From Mobula hypostoma (taxonomy: Eukaryota), in contig NC_086108.1 of NCBI RefSeq assembly GCF_963921235.1, positions 41,852,001 through 41,916,000 on the forward strand: a stretch of DNA of 64,000 nucleotides, written 5' to 3'. This document shows, piece after piece, positions 36,395 through 49,109 of this stretch; within the stretch, counting starts at the first letter, position 1; each line of letters opens with the position of its first letter. Below the pieces are notes generated by a model. It searched no databases. It had not been told where the DNA came from and saw only the letters and a list, made by a program, of their open reading frames with translations. The position numbers were made by a program, and so were the translations under genes.

Positions 36395-37527
36395 TAGATA
36401 CTTTGATTCCAAAGGAAATTATAGTGTCACAGTAGCATTACAAGTGCAGAGATATAAATATTAGAGAGATGTAGAAAGAATAAAATAAGTTACCACAAAC
36501 AGTCTAACAGGAGGGGGTTATCTCTTCCCCAGCTATAGATTGACTCAATATAGAGCCTAATGGCCGAGGGTAAGAATGACCTCATATAACGCTCTTTGGA
36601 GCAGTGCAGTTGTCTTAGTCTATTACTAAAAGTGCTCCTCTGTTCAGCCAAGGTTGCATGCAGAGGGTGAGAGACATTGTCCAGAATTGCCAGGATTTTC
36701 CATAGGGTTCTTTTTTTCTACCACAGCCTCCAGAGTGTCCAGTTTGACTCCTGTAACAGAGCCCGTCTTTCTGATCAGTTTATTGAGCCTGTTGGCATCA
36801 CCCGTGTTGGTGCCCTTGCCCCAGCACACCAGTGCATAGAAGATTGTACTGGCGACAATAGTCTGGTAGAACATGTGAAGGAGAGGCCTGTATACTCCAA
36901 AGGACCTCAGTTTCGTCAGGAAGTAGAGACAACTCTGGCCCTTCTTGTGCTCAGCCTCTGTGGTGCTCCACTCAAGTCTGTCATCCAGGTGCAGCCCCAG
37001 ATATGTGTAGGTCCTCACCACATCTACATTCTCACCATCAGTAGTATCAGGGAGCAGTGCAGGCCTAGTCTTCCTAAAGTGCATCACCATCTCCTTTGTC
37101 TTACTGATGCTGAGCTGCAGATGGTTCAGCTTGCACCATTTGACGAAGTGCTACACCAGGGTTCTGTGTTCATCCTTCCTTTATACACCAACTATCGCTG
37201 AGTCATCAGAGAATTTCTGCAGATGACATGACCTAGTGTTGTATCTAAAGTCCCAGGTATACAGGGTAAACAGGACGGGAGCCAATACAGTCCCCTGTGT
37301 GATCCCAGTGCTGCTTATAGCCATATCTAAGACACAGCTCTGAAGCCACACATACTCTGGTCTGCCAGTCAGGTAATCCATTATCCAGGATACAATGGAA
37401 GTGCATTGAACGGAGCTTTTTCCACTGCAATTGGTGTTGTAAGGTATTGAAGGCACTTGAGAAATCAAAAAGATATGATCCTCACAGTTAGCCCTGCTTA
37501 TCCAAATGGGAATAGGCTCTGTTCAGC
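36395..37527 (-). mobile_element. Rex1/Babar LINE 3' fragment (second subfamily)
   Basis: WIMDYLTGRPEYV, QGTVLAPVLFTLYT, LQKFSDDSAIVG, KKGQSCLYFLTKLRSF. Confidence 0.9.
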
Positions 37528-37744
37528 ATTCTAGGGAACATTTCATATTAGGAAGGAAAACTATTGAGATGGAAAGACCCAGGGAACGGATTCTAGAGAT
37601 TGTGATCTTAAGGAAGGCATAACAGCCAATGGTGCAGAAGTTAAATTTGGGGTAAGCAAGGGGGTGTGGGGATGTGGTAACAGCAGGGACCATGAGCTGG
37701 TAGCCCAGAGCCCTAGTCCACTATCCATTTGGATTTTAATGTAG

Positions 37745-37950
37745 AACAGTAGCATAGTGGTTAGCAAAATGCTATTACAGCGGTGGAAACCTGGGTTCAA
37801 TTCCGCTGCTGTCTGTCAGCAGTTTGTATGTTCTTCTCGTGACAGCGTGGGTTTCCTCCAGCTACTGCAGTTTCCTCCCACATTCCAAGGATGAGCAATT
37901 AAATTTAGTAGGCAGTGGGCACGCTGTGTTGGTGCTGGAAACTTAGCAAC
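37745..37950 (+). mobile_element. V-SINE
   Basis: A-box tagcatagtggtt, B-box gggttcaattcc, V domain gtttgtatgttct...gggtttcctcc...agtttcctcccacattccaa. Confidence 0.8.
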
Positions 37951-38009
37951 ACTTATTTATTTACTCATTCATTCATTCATTGAGATATAGTGCAGAATAG
38001 GCCATTCAG

Positions 38010-38250
38010 GCCTTTGAGTTACACCGCCCAGCAATCCCACAATTTAATCCTAGTCTAATCATGGGACAATTTACAATGACCATTTAACATACCAACCTGT
38101 ATGTCTTTGGACTGTCAGAGGAAACAGGAGCACTCAAAGGAAACACACAGTCACCAGGAGAATGTACAAAACTCCTTACAGGCAGTGGTGGGAATTGAAC
38201 CCAGGTCACTGGTACTGTTAAGTGCTAACCACTGTGCTACTCTGCCATCC
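38010..38250 (-). mobile_element. V-SINE, tail-to-tail with the preceding copy
   Basis: Minus strand tagcacagtggttagcac...gggttcaattccc...gtttcctttgagtgctcctgtttcctc. Confidence 0.8.
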
Positions 38251-38641
38251 CAGCCACTGCCCCCAGCACATCCTTGGACTGTGCTGGTTGTTGATGTAAA
38301 TGGTGGATTTCATTGTTTTGTTTCAATGTACTTGAGATAGGTCAAATGTATCTAATCCTCAATTTTCTTCACCTTCCTCAAAGGGATTGGAATCATGTCG
38401 ATATCGGAGGTGATGAGGCAGGAGAAGATTATGGAGATAGCAATGGAGAAGAATATGGAGAGACTTGAAAATAAGGATAAGAATTTTGAAATCAAGCTTT
38501 CATTTAACCAGTCAATAAGCATTGCTGCAATGCAGTACAATTTAGGACATCAAAGCAGAGATTCAGATTATCTCAAATTAATGGAAAGCCAAATAAGAGA
38601 GACCAGGTAGGAATTCATTGGAGCATTCAAATCCATAATTT

Positions 38642-39620
38642 AGAAACAAGAGAAAATCTGCAGATGCTGGAAATCCAAGCAACACGCACAATGCTGGAGG
38701 AACTCAGCAGGCCAGGCAGCATCAATGGAAAAGAGTATAATCAATACTTCAGGCTGAGACCCTTCATCAGGACTGTAGAAAAAATGAGGAGTCAGAGCTG
38801 GGGGGGTGGGGGAAGGAGGAAAAAACACAAGGTGATAGGTGAAACTGGGAGGGGGCGGGGTGAAGAGCTGGGATGTTGATTGGTGAAAGAGATATAGGGC
38901 TGGACGAGGGGGGATCTGATAGGAAACAGAAGGCCATGGAAGAAAGAAAAGGGGGTAGGAGCACCAGAGAGAGGTGATAGGCAGGTGAGGAGATAAAGTG
39001 AGAGGGGAAAGGGGAATAAGGAATGGTGAAGCGGTGGGGGGAATACCAGAAGTTTTAGAAATCGATGTTCATGCCATCAGGTTGGAGGCTATCCGGACAG
39101 AATATAAAGTGTTGCTCCTCCAACCTGAGTGTGGCCTCATCATGACGGTAATGAAGATCATAGACTGACATGTCAGAATGGGAAGTGGAATTAAAATGGG
39201 TGGCCACCAGGAATCCTGCTTTTTCAGGTGCTCAGCGAAACGGTCTCTCAGTCTTTGTTGGGTCTCACCGAAATACCGGAGGCCACACCGGGAGCATCAG
39301 ATACAGTAGCTGACCCACCAGACTCACAGGTGAAGCGTTGCCTCACTTGGAAGGACTGTTTGGGGCCCTGAATGGTAGTGAGGGAGGAAGTGTAGGGGCT
39401 TGCAAGGAAAAGTGCTTGGAGGGAGATCAGTGGGGAGGGACGAATGGACAAGGGGATCACTTAGGGAGTGATCCGTGCAAGAAGTGGTGGGGGGGGGAGA
39501 GAGAAAGATGTTGTTGGTATATGGCATCCCACTGGAGATGGCAGAAATTACAGAAAATCATGTGGGGACATGGAAGCTGATGGGGTGGTAGGTGAGGACA
39601 AGAGGAACCCTATCCCTGGT
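38642..39620 (-). mobile_element. Penelope-like element 3' part (GIY-YIG endonuclease and pLTR)
   Basis: TTIQGPKQSFQVRQRFTCES; reverse-complement homology to 39945-40770. Confidence 0.85.
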
Positions 39621-39944
39621 GGGGTGGTGGGTGGAGGCACAATTTAGGGTTTCAACAAAGGTGAGCTGAGGTGTAAACAGGAATTTGGAGAAGTAATTCT
39701 AGATCACACACAAAGAAGTATTCAGCTGATTGTGGCCATGCCAAAATGGACTTTTGATTAATCCAGTTTACAAAATCTTGGTGTAAAGTCTTGCAGGTTG
39801 TGTTTCTTCAAGTATTCTTCCAGGGATTTTAAAACTTGGCAAGGATTTCTGCCTCTGCCATTCTTTCAATGACTTCCACATGCCCTCCAATCACTGTGGG
39901 CGAAAAAACTCTCAACTCCCCTCAAACCAATCAACTAACATCCA

Positions 39945-40770
39945 TTACTTATCCATGTAAGCAGAACAAGTGCTACACATGCCCCAGACAGTCCTTCCAG
40001 GAGAGGTGACACTTCACCTGTGAGTCGGCTGGGGTGATATACTGCGTCCGGTGCTCCCGATGCGGCCTTCTATATATTGGCGAGACCCGATGCAGACTGG
40101 GAGATTGTTTTGCTGAACACCTACGCTCTGTCCATCAGAGAAAGCAGGATCTCCCAGTGGCCACACATTTTAATTCCACGTCCCATTCCCATTCTGATAT
40201 GTCTATCCACAGCCTCCTCTACTGTAAAGATGAAGCCACACTCAGGTTGGAGGAACAACACCTTATATTCCATCTGGGTAGCCTCCAACCTAATGGTATG
40301 AACATTGACTTCTCTAACTTCCACTAATGCCCCACCTCCCCCTCGTACCCCATCTGTTATTTATTTATTTAAATTACACACATTCTTTTTCTCTCTCTTT
40401 CTCCTTTTTCTCCCTCTGTCCCTCTCATTATACCCCCTGCCCATCCTCTGGGTTTCCCCCCCTCCCCCTTTTCTTTCTCCCTCGGCCTCCTGTCCCATGA
40501 TCCTCTCATATCCCTTTTGCCAATCACCTGTCCAGCTCTTGGTTCCATCCCTCCCCCTCCTGTCTTCTCCTATCATTTCGGATCTCCCTCTCCCCCTCCC
40601 ACTTTCAAATCTCTTACTAGCTCTTCTTTCAGTTAGTCCTGACGAATGGTCTCGGCCCGAAATGTCGACTGTACCTCTTCCTAGAGATGCTGCCTGGCCT
40701 GCTGCGTTCACCAGCAACTTTGATGTGTGTTGCTTCAAATTCCAGCATGTGCAGATTTCCTCGTGTTTGC
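39945..40770 (+). mobile_element. Penelope-like element 3' part (GIY-YIG endonuclease and pLTR)
   Basis: IYCVRCSRCGLLYIGETRCRLGDCFAEHLRSV...LEEQHLIFHLGSLQPNGMNIDF; pyrimidine-rich 3' UTR. Confidence 0.92.
40635..40670 (+). ncRNA. minimal type I hammerhead ribozyme motif in a Penelope pLTR
   Basis: agtc-CTGACGA-atggtctcggccc-GAAA-tgtc-gact: stem I agtc/gact, both core boxes present, GUC cleavage triplet ending at 40666; stem III C appears mutated to T. Confidence 0.75.
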
Positions 40771-42429
40771 GAATTAACATGTCCCTCTAGTTTCTGGGGG
40801 ATTTAGCAGATCATGGTCTGATGTTCATCTCAGAATCAGAAACATGTGTACTATCAAGGTTGCAAAAATCTGGTTTAGTCTGACGGTTGCTGGAGAGAGG
40901 GATCCACTTGTGGCCAGAAAATTAGCATGGCAAGAGACTGTAACAGATGAGTTTGGTCTTCCTAATATCCAATTTCACTTCATTCACTCTGCGCCATGTG
41001 CCAGACAAACAATCTGAACAGAGGAAATAGGCAAGGTGGTGGCGAGGTATATATAGGCATTGTCAGTTTGTCCTTTTTCTCCTATGTATATCAGTTTTTT
41101 ATTTGTCCTTTCCCTTGTTATGTTCCCTCTAATGAGCTGTGCATCTTCTGAATGTGATTAAATGCCTAAACTTTAATACTTTTCTGTCTGTTCAGATGTG
41201 ACCAACTTGCTGAGCATTTCTTGTGTGTTTTGCTTAAGCAGTGCACTTTTATTGAGGTCCTGGTCACTGCTTTGTGTTGATTAGATCTTCAGTCAATAAG
41301 GTATTGCTTGTCAGACACTTCAGTCTTGGTTATTAAGCTTATCTAATCCCTACAGATATTGTATTTCAATGATATTCAAGGAACAGCAACTGAAAAGGAA
41401 ACAATTGCAGCTACAGGTGATATCATTCACTCCTTAAAAACAAGTTTATCTTTATGACCTGGTCATTCATAAAGCAACTGTACAACACAGCATTTCCACT
41501 GCCTTGCACTAAATGCCAACAATATTTGAAATTTCAGATAAAAAGGCAAAATATCCTTAAAAATACAAGACGATATATTTTGTCTCCCCTTGAAATGCAG
41601 TGCAATAATGAAGGGACCAGCCAAACATGTCGTGCATCTAAAATATGTGCATACATTCCAGGTAAGGTCATTTCCTCAGGTCACAATTATCCATAGATCC
41701 AAAGTAAATTTATTATCAAAATACACTTGTGTCACCATAAAGAACCCTGGGATTCATTTTCTTGTGGGCATATTCAATAAATGTATAGAATAATCACCAT
41801 AATATAATCAATAAAAGACCACACAACTTGAGTGTTCAGAGAGCAGAAGACTGTGCAAATACAAAAAGAGAGAAATAATAATAAATATACAAGCAAAAAT
41901 TATCAAGAACATGAGATGAAGAGTCCTTGAAAGTGAGTAACTATACATGCCCTTTTAAAACAGGATGGTTGGGGCAAGAGATGGGAAGTAGATTGTTGGA
42001 TAGAAACAGATTTGCACTATTGCTGCATCAGTGTTTAAAAGTTTAGGTGATTAAATGCTGGTCTGTCGCTTCAATCTAGCATAGTCCAATCCAAATATGG
42101 GTAACTCTTCATTGACAGACTGAATTCATTCTCTCCCAGGCGCACAAAACCTAGATGTGCTTTAATAATACTAGATATGCATAAATGGCAGTTCCTGCTA
42201 TGATGTAGTTAGTAAAAGAAGAAACAAATGTGAGATATCTTGATAGAAAAATAAAGATAGGAAAGAAAACAATGATAGCCTGCTAAGTTTTTACTTAAAT
42301 TAATAGGTGAACTTGGTTGTAACATACTGGGAATGACTTTCAATTTTCTGTCTGGATATAAAATGAACAGTGGTCATCAGCTACTCACTGTAGAAACTGC
42401 TTGATCTTCATTTCTTAGGATGGAAGGCA

Positions 42430-43056
42430 ACAGTGATTAAATGACATAAGGGGTGAAAGAGTGCAAGGCAAAAGGGTATGGTAATGGGACAAGAAAAGAA
42501 ACAAAATATGGGTTGAGAGAAGCCATAAATTACAGCAGCAGACTCATTACCAGCAGCTGCTGTCCAAAAGAATGGGAGCACGGGTTATGATCAGAAACTG
42601 TTGAACTCAATGCTCTGTTCGGGTTGTAAAATTCCTAATGGAAAGATGAAGTGCTGTTCCTTGAGCTTCATTTGAGAAGTGTAGGAGGCCGAGGACAGAG
42701 GGGTCAAACTGTGAGTGTGATGGAAAACTAACACCACAAGCACTGTCGTCCCTTTAGTCAGATAATCTCTCTGGCCTTCCATTCTTTAAAATGAAGATAA
42801 GGCTATTTTTATAACAGAGAGGGTCCCTCCTCTATGGTATGTCCCACCATCCCTCTATTCGTCACCTTTGAGTTTGCATTCAGCACAGTGCTTCTATGGA
42901 ATTATCCATTCCTAATTAAAAGACTTTCACCTAAAATGTTAAGTCTGTTCTTTCAACATACACCCATTCCTGTCTGGATGCTGCCCAACCTGCAAGGAAT
43001 TTCCCACACTTTGTGCCTTCAGTTTAGATTTCCAGCATCTGATGCATTTGTTTTTC
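42430..43056. mobile_element. old Penelope-like fragments in inverted arrangement
   Basis: Minus strand KLKEQHFIFPLGILQPEQSIEFNSF (GIY-YIG C-terminus) abutting a plus-strand terminus gatgctgcccaacctg...tttccagcatctg. Confidence 0.65.
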
Positions 43057-45430
43057 CATAAATATGAATTCACACAACGGCAGAGCAATTGTTCTCCACA
43101 AAGAAACTGCAATTGTAATACTGGTTTACAACCTCAATCCAGAGTGTGAATACCAGCATGCAGCAGAAAATGCTGGAGACGGTTACAAGTTCAAGCGGGA
43201 TTAGTTGAAAGAAAAACCAATAACAGGTCCAAGTGTCTTAGTTAGAATTGGAGAAAACCAGATAGTTTTTAGTAGCAAAGAAGGAGGGGAAGGGATAGAT
43301 ATAACAAAGGGAATATCTGACACGGCATGACTAAATGGATAATTGAACAACACTCCAAATCAGCTGAATGTGACTCTCCGGATTAAAAAACCTACCTCAT
43401 CTTTAATTCAACAGCCCTCACTATCTATTTGTGCTGCATAACTTTAGCATTCTTTCTAAACTAAAATCATTTTTCACCCCAATTCCAAATTTATATTGTA
43501 AATCCACTCTTTAAAACTTGGAAAGATTACAGCCTGCATACACAAAAAAATCACTGGAAGAACTCAACATGTGAAGCCAAAGGGATGGTCAAAGTTTTGG
43601 GACTGAGACCGCAGAGAAGGAAGATAGCCAGCATACAGAAGTGAGAGGGAGGGATTAGACGGGGGCTGGCAGGTGATATGTAGAACTGGACGAGGGTGGG
43701 GGGGGGGATGAACGATGGGCAAATGAGGCTAGGTGAGGAAGAGGGAAAGGAAGCCCTCACAACTGTGGTTTGCCAGTGACCTTTTAGCAGCACACTCTCG
43801 AAGCATCGTATTAAAGATGGACAACTGGTTCACTTCTCATGAGAAGTAAGCTCTCACATCTACAATCTCTAGTCATTTTTATATTCGTAGTCATAGAGTC
43901 ATAGAGCAATACAGCATGGATACGGGCCCTGTGGCCCAACCAGTCCCTACAGACCATGGTGCCCACCCATCTAGTCCCAAGTTCCTGCATTTGGTCCATA
44001 TTCCTCTAAGCCTCACCTTTGCAAGTACCTAGCTAAGTGCTTCTTAAATGATACTATTATACCTGACTGTTCCATATACTCAACGTCCTCTGTGTGCAAA
44101 CGTTGTGCTTCGGGTCCCTTTTAAATATTTCCCACTCATTCAAAATCTATGCCCCCCTCATTTTGGACTCCCCTGCCCTTGGGGAAAGACTGTTACCATC
44201 TACCTTATCTATATCCCACATGATTTTATAAACATCCACAAAGTCAGCCCTCATTTTCCAATTTCCAAGGAATAAAATTATAGCCCGACCACCTCTCCCT
44301 ATAGGTCAAGACCTCAAGCCCCGGCAACATCTTTAAAAATATTCTCTGCACTCTTTCCAGTTTAACCATACCTTTCCTATAATGGTGACCAAAACTGTAC
44401 AGAGTGCTCCAAGAGCTGCCTCACCAAAGACATGTACAACTGCAACAGAATCTTTCAATTCCTGTACTCATTGCCTTGACCAATGAAGGCCAGCATGCTA
44501 AATGGCTTTTCCACCACCTTGTCTGCCTGTGATACCTCTTTCAACAAATAACGGAGTCCCAACACCAACCCTGTAGCACATCAACTAGTCACTGGCCTCC
44601 ACTCCAAAAAACAACCTTCAACCACCACCCTCTGCTTCCTACCTCCAAGACAACTTTTAATCCATCCAATAGCTCTCCCTGGATTCCATACAACCTAATC
44701 TTCTAGACCAGCCTTTCATAAGCCTTGTCAAAGATCCTGCTAAAATGCAAATATTTAATTGGTTACCTCTTCAAAAAACTTTATGAGACTCATCAAACAT
44801 GACTTTCCATGCACAAAGCCATGCTGACTCCTCCTATTTATCCAAATGTTGGTAGATCCTCAGAATTCCCTCCAGTAACTTCCCCACTACTGATGACAGG
44901 CTGACCTGTAGTTCAGTGGCATCTTCATGCTACCCTTCTTAAACAATTGAACAATATGAGCCACCTTCCAGTCTTCAGGAGCTTCACCAATGACTAATGA
45001 TGCACAAGTATCTCTGCAAGGGTGTCCACAATTTCTTCTCCATCCTCCCACAAAGTCTGAGGACGCAATGGTCAGGCCCTATGGAGTTGTCCGCCTAAAT
45101 GCTTTGTAGGGCTACAAATACTCCTTTCTGGCAATATGAATGTCCTCCAAGACATCCCCACCTATTGTTGTGTCTCTCAAGCGACTACGATTTTCACCCC
45201 AGTAAAGATCAAGGAGAAATACTCGTTTAAAAATCCTACTCATCTCCTATGGCTTGTAACGTACAGAAGGTGGTCTCTAAAGAGACCTAATCTCTCCCTC
45301 CTCTTAATATAGCTATTGAACTTCTTGGGATTTTCCTTAATGTTATCTGTCAAACTTGCCCTGCTCCAGTTTAGGGCCCTACCCTGTGAACCTGTCCTAT
45401 CCCTTTCCATCACTATCTTATAACTAACAT

Positions 45431-45716
45431 GGTGGCCAAGTGGTTAAGGCATTGGACTAGCGACCTGAAGGTCGTGAGTTCGAGCCCCAGCTGAGGCAAC
45501 ATGTTGTGTCCTTGAGCAAGGCACTTAATCACACATTGCTATGCGATGACACTGGTGCCAAGCTGTATGGGTCCTAATGCCCTTCCCTTGGACAACATTG
45601 GTGTTGTGGAGAGGGGAGACTTGCAGCATGGGCAACTGCTGGTCTTCCATACAACCTTGCCCAGTGAAGACTTTCCAGGCACAGATCCATGGTCTCGCAA
45701 GACTAACAGATGCCTT
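45431..45716 (+). mobile_element. tRNA-derived CORE-type SINE, copy 2
   Basis: Homologous to 5762-6061; gtgtccttgagcaaggcacttaa CORE motif; flanking direct repeat ttataactaa. Confidence 0.85.
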
Positions 45717-46159
45717 ATAACTAATAGAATTACAGTCACTAGAACCACAGTGCTCCTGGACTGCCACTTCAGTTAATTACCCTGCCTCATTTCCTAAGAG
45801 GAGGTCCAGTATAACACCCTCCCATGTAGCGGACCACCCTCTAAAATAATGATTCAGGAAACCTTCTACAACAGATTTCACAAATTCCACCCTATCCAAG
45901 ACCTTAACACTCTGAGAGGCCTAGTCAATACCTGAAAAATTAAAATCTCCTACTAATACAACACTATTATGAGCAATTTCTCTACACACCTTCTGCTCAA
46001 ATTCCCTCTAACTATTTGGGCATCTATAATACAGCCTCACCAGAGTGATCCTCCCATCTTGTTTCTAAGTTCTACTCATAAGGCCTCGCTGGACGATCCC
46101 CCAGGAATGTCATCTCTAAGAGCTGCTGATACAAACTCCCTTATCAAAATGTTCTAAGT

Positions 46160-47639
46160 CAGGGGTCGGCAACCTTTTTGCTTCTGTGGGCCAGATCGCG
46201 TATTAGTGAGCGGACGGTGGGCCAGAGAAATGCCATAAAAAACTTGAAATATGGGAATTATCCATTTAAATACATCTAGTTATGTTTTGCCTCAAATTAA
46301 TGAATAACGCATGCTAGAAAATCATTTGTGCTTAACCAAGGATGCCAATTAGTAATCAAAGAACTCAGTTTAGTTGCAATTTATTTCAATCAAGGCATCT
46401 TTTGAAACTATTAAAAGGACACAAATCTTTAAACATAAAACGTATGAACATGATGCATTGAATGGTGGTAAATTGAGTATAATAAAAAGGAAAGTTCTAA
46501 TGCAAACAGTCGCTAAATCAATGTGAAACTTGATGCTGGTTGTTGCTTGAAAGCTTCTCAATATTGGGTGTCAGACTTCTTGATGCCAAGAGCAGGACAT
46601 TATCCAGATGGGCATCAGTCAGTCTTGTTCTCAAATGGTTCTCGGTGTGCTTCATCTTTGAAAATAATTGCTTACACAGATAAGTGCTGCCAAACAATTA
46701 TGCCTTCTTTTTTGCATGGTCCACTAAGTTAGGATACTTCCCACTTGGATGAATATATTTTCTTTAGAAGTCAAGCACTGACACATCTTCAGAATGAAAT
46801 TTTTATCTCAATATGTCGTCACACTGCATCTCAATCAATTCCATTTGAAAAATTTCAGCTTGAACTCATTTGCATGCAAGCGAAAATCAGCAAAACGAGA
46901 TGAAAACTCTTTTCTCAATTCTTGGACCATATTCACAAAATTGCCTGGATCTTGCGCTTTACTTTTTTGAAAAGTGGGAAAATGTGCATAATTTCCTTTT
47001 TCAAGCTGGTACTCCCACAATTGCAGCTTTCTTTCCACTGTGGCGGGTCTCGTAATGTCACCTGATATTTGCCACCTTCTTCACAGCAACATTTTCTAGG
47101 CAAATGAGACAAACTGGCCTCCCAGCTTGCTTGATGAAGAAGTAATCTAGTGTCCAAGTGTCTTGGAAATTTCAGCACTCAGTGTCTACCTTCCTGCATT
47201 TTGCACTCATTGCCATTGGAATTTTTTTTCTTCTATTTTATTTCGAAACGCGAGTTGTTCAACAAGTATTGTAGCACATGTAAATATCTGGATATTTAGT
47301 GTGGATTTCTTGTTAAAACACAGTGACACTGTTTCTGTTTACAAATTTGAATGATCTCATCTGAGAACCTATGCATGCACGGAGAGTATCTAATACATAT
47401 TAATAAGGTAGTCTGCCTTCCTGTCAAATACCAGTGTTCGGTTTGGAACAAAACGGAACCTGGGGCCAGTGTAACAAGACGCCATACATGTCCATCAGTG
47501 TGGTCACATGAAACACTCAGAATAAGGAAAAATCGCTCTCAGGCCGGATAAGCATAGTATCCCAATATTTGCTCGCGGACTGGTCAAAATACCTTCGCGG
47601 GTCGGATCTGGCCAGGGGGCCGTAGGTTGTCTACCCCCG
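46160..47639 (-). mobile_element. hAT (Charlie/Buster-like) transposon, internally deleted transposase pseudogene
   Basis: TIRs caggggtcggcaacct / aggttgtctacccccg; perfect 8-bp TSD ttctaagt (46152-46159 / 47640-47647); KLQLWEYQLEKGNYAHFPTF and LFGSTYLCKQLFSKMK on the minus strand. Confidence 0.93.
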
Positions 47640-47796
47640 TTCTAAGTTCATCTGTTTTACCTATTAAACCAAAGGCATCGAAATAAATGCAGTCTAATTG
47701 AGTATTCTGTCCCCTCCCTTTACTGTGCCTAGGCTATTCAGAATACTAAACCCACTCTTCCTGACTAGTACTTTATCTGATGACTTGCTCCTGTTC

Positions 47797-48317
47797 TGTT
47801 GCAAAGAACAGGGCGAACCCAAACGCAGGACACTGGCACGGAGATTGAGTTAGGATGCAGATGAGGGTGTGAGAGTGGCTGGAGCTGAACGGCAAACAGG
47901 AGAGTGAGCAGGGAAGCAGGAGGCAGGCAGAACTTCTCTTGACACGGAGCGTAGAAAGGCAAGCAGTAGACAATACTTTTCTTGACACGGAGAGACAGAG
48001 TTACACAGGTAAACCTCGGTACTGAAGTAAAACTTAGAATACACAATCCTAAGCGGCCGAGAACATTAATTACCACACTGGCTAAACAATGATCTGGCCA
48101 CGAGTGGATGCAAAGCTGGGGTTTTTAAGGTGCAGGTCTTGATGAGAACCAGGTGTGTCGCCATCAAAGGGAATTAGGAGAAAATGGGGAATTACCGGTC
48201 AGGACCTTGATACAATCAAAAGGGAACTAGGAGAAAATGGGGAATTAACAGTCGGGACCTTGACACAATCAAAGGGAATTAGGAGAAAATGGGGAATTAA
48301 ACGTCAGGACCGTGACA
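47797..48317 (-). mobile_element. solo LTR (Gypsy-like) with triplicated ~52-bp terminal unit
   Basis: TG...CA termini, 5-bp TSD tgttc / ggttc, minus-strand cctgcgtttgggttc U5-like motif, three tandem units at 48163-48317. Confidence 0.8.
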
Positions 48318-49109
48318 GGTTCAGTGTCCTACCAATCTAGTTTAAACCCTCCCACGTAGCATTAACAAATTTCCCTAAAAGGGAGAATGTCCCTCTCTCA
48401 TTCATCCCATCCCTCTTGCACATGTCACCTCTACTCCAGAGGATATCCCAGTTGTCCCAAATTCATATTATACTATGACAGAGGAGGAGAATGGGGCATT
48501 AGAGTCATCAATCCATGCAAACCTTCAGAGGAATCACATCAGTCCCACTCATATTCTCTTTCACAAGCCCATCTACTTCACCTTGAACCTCTAACATTTT
48601 GTAGTCAATCATCTCCTAAGATTGTGCATTAATGAGCTCAATTTCTCATCCTTCCATCTCCAATAATCCTCTTGGTTTTGGTTACGTCATTGAAATCAAC
48701 ATAAGAAGTAAGAGTGGGCAAGGTTTAGGTTAAGAACAAACCTGTTTGGTGAAGAGAGTCCAGAAGTACACAGATCAGACTTGTTCTACATTGAGTGATT
48801 GTAGGACAACAGTGGGGTGTAAGGGTCTTAGAAGTGAAAACGGCAAAAGAGGTCTGGGTTGGGATGTGGATAGAAGTGGGGTAGCAAAGAATGAATCTCA
48901 ATAGCAAATGAGGCAGGAACAGGATCATGGAGGTAGCAGTGGGCCGGAGGGAATGATTCCAATAGTCTCACAACATTTGGTGGGAATGAGGCAAAACTAG
49001 AATTAGACTACTTGAGATATTGAAGCATTCCAGGAACTGAGGCAAAATAGGGATTAAAGATTGTAATTAAACTGAGAAAGCACGAAACTAAAGAATTTTG
49101 ACATGTCCT

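Larger units (their letters stand above)
43890..48450 (-). mobile_element. long decayed CR1 LINE (most of ORF2) hosting three nested insertions
   Basis: 3' UTR near 43890, RT segments 44200-45100, APE motifs (EFVK, ILDLLLGNE) 45780-46000, ggtttaaactag near 48340; interrupted by a SINE, a hAT element and a solo LTR. Confidence 0.75.

Noticed and set aside
46500..47450. GTF2IRD2/ZBED-like host gene
   Set aside because: Bounded by TIRs and a perfect 8-bp TSD, internally deleted and frameshifted: a hAT transposon relic.
48163..48317. Repeat-spacer-like array
   Set aside because: Pure tandem duplication within an LTR; the intervening parts are themselves homologous.
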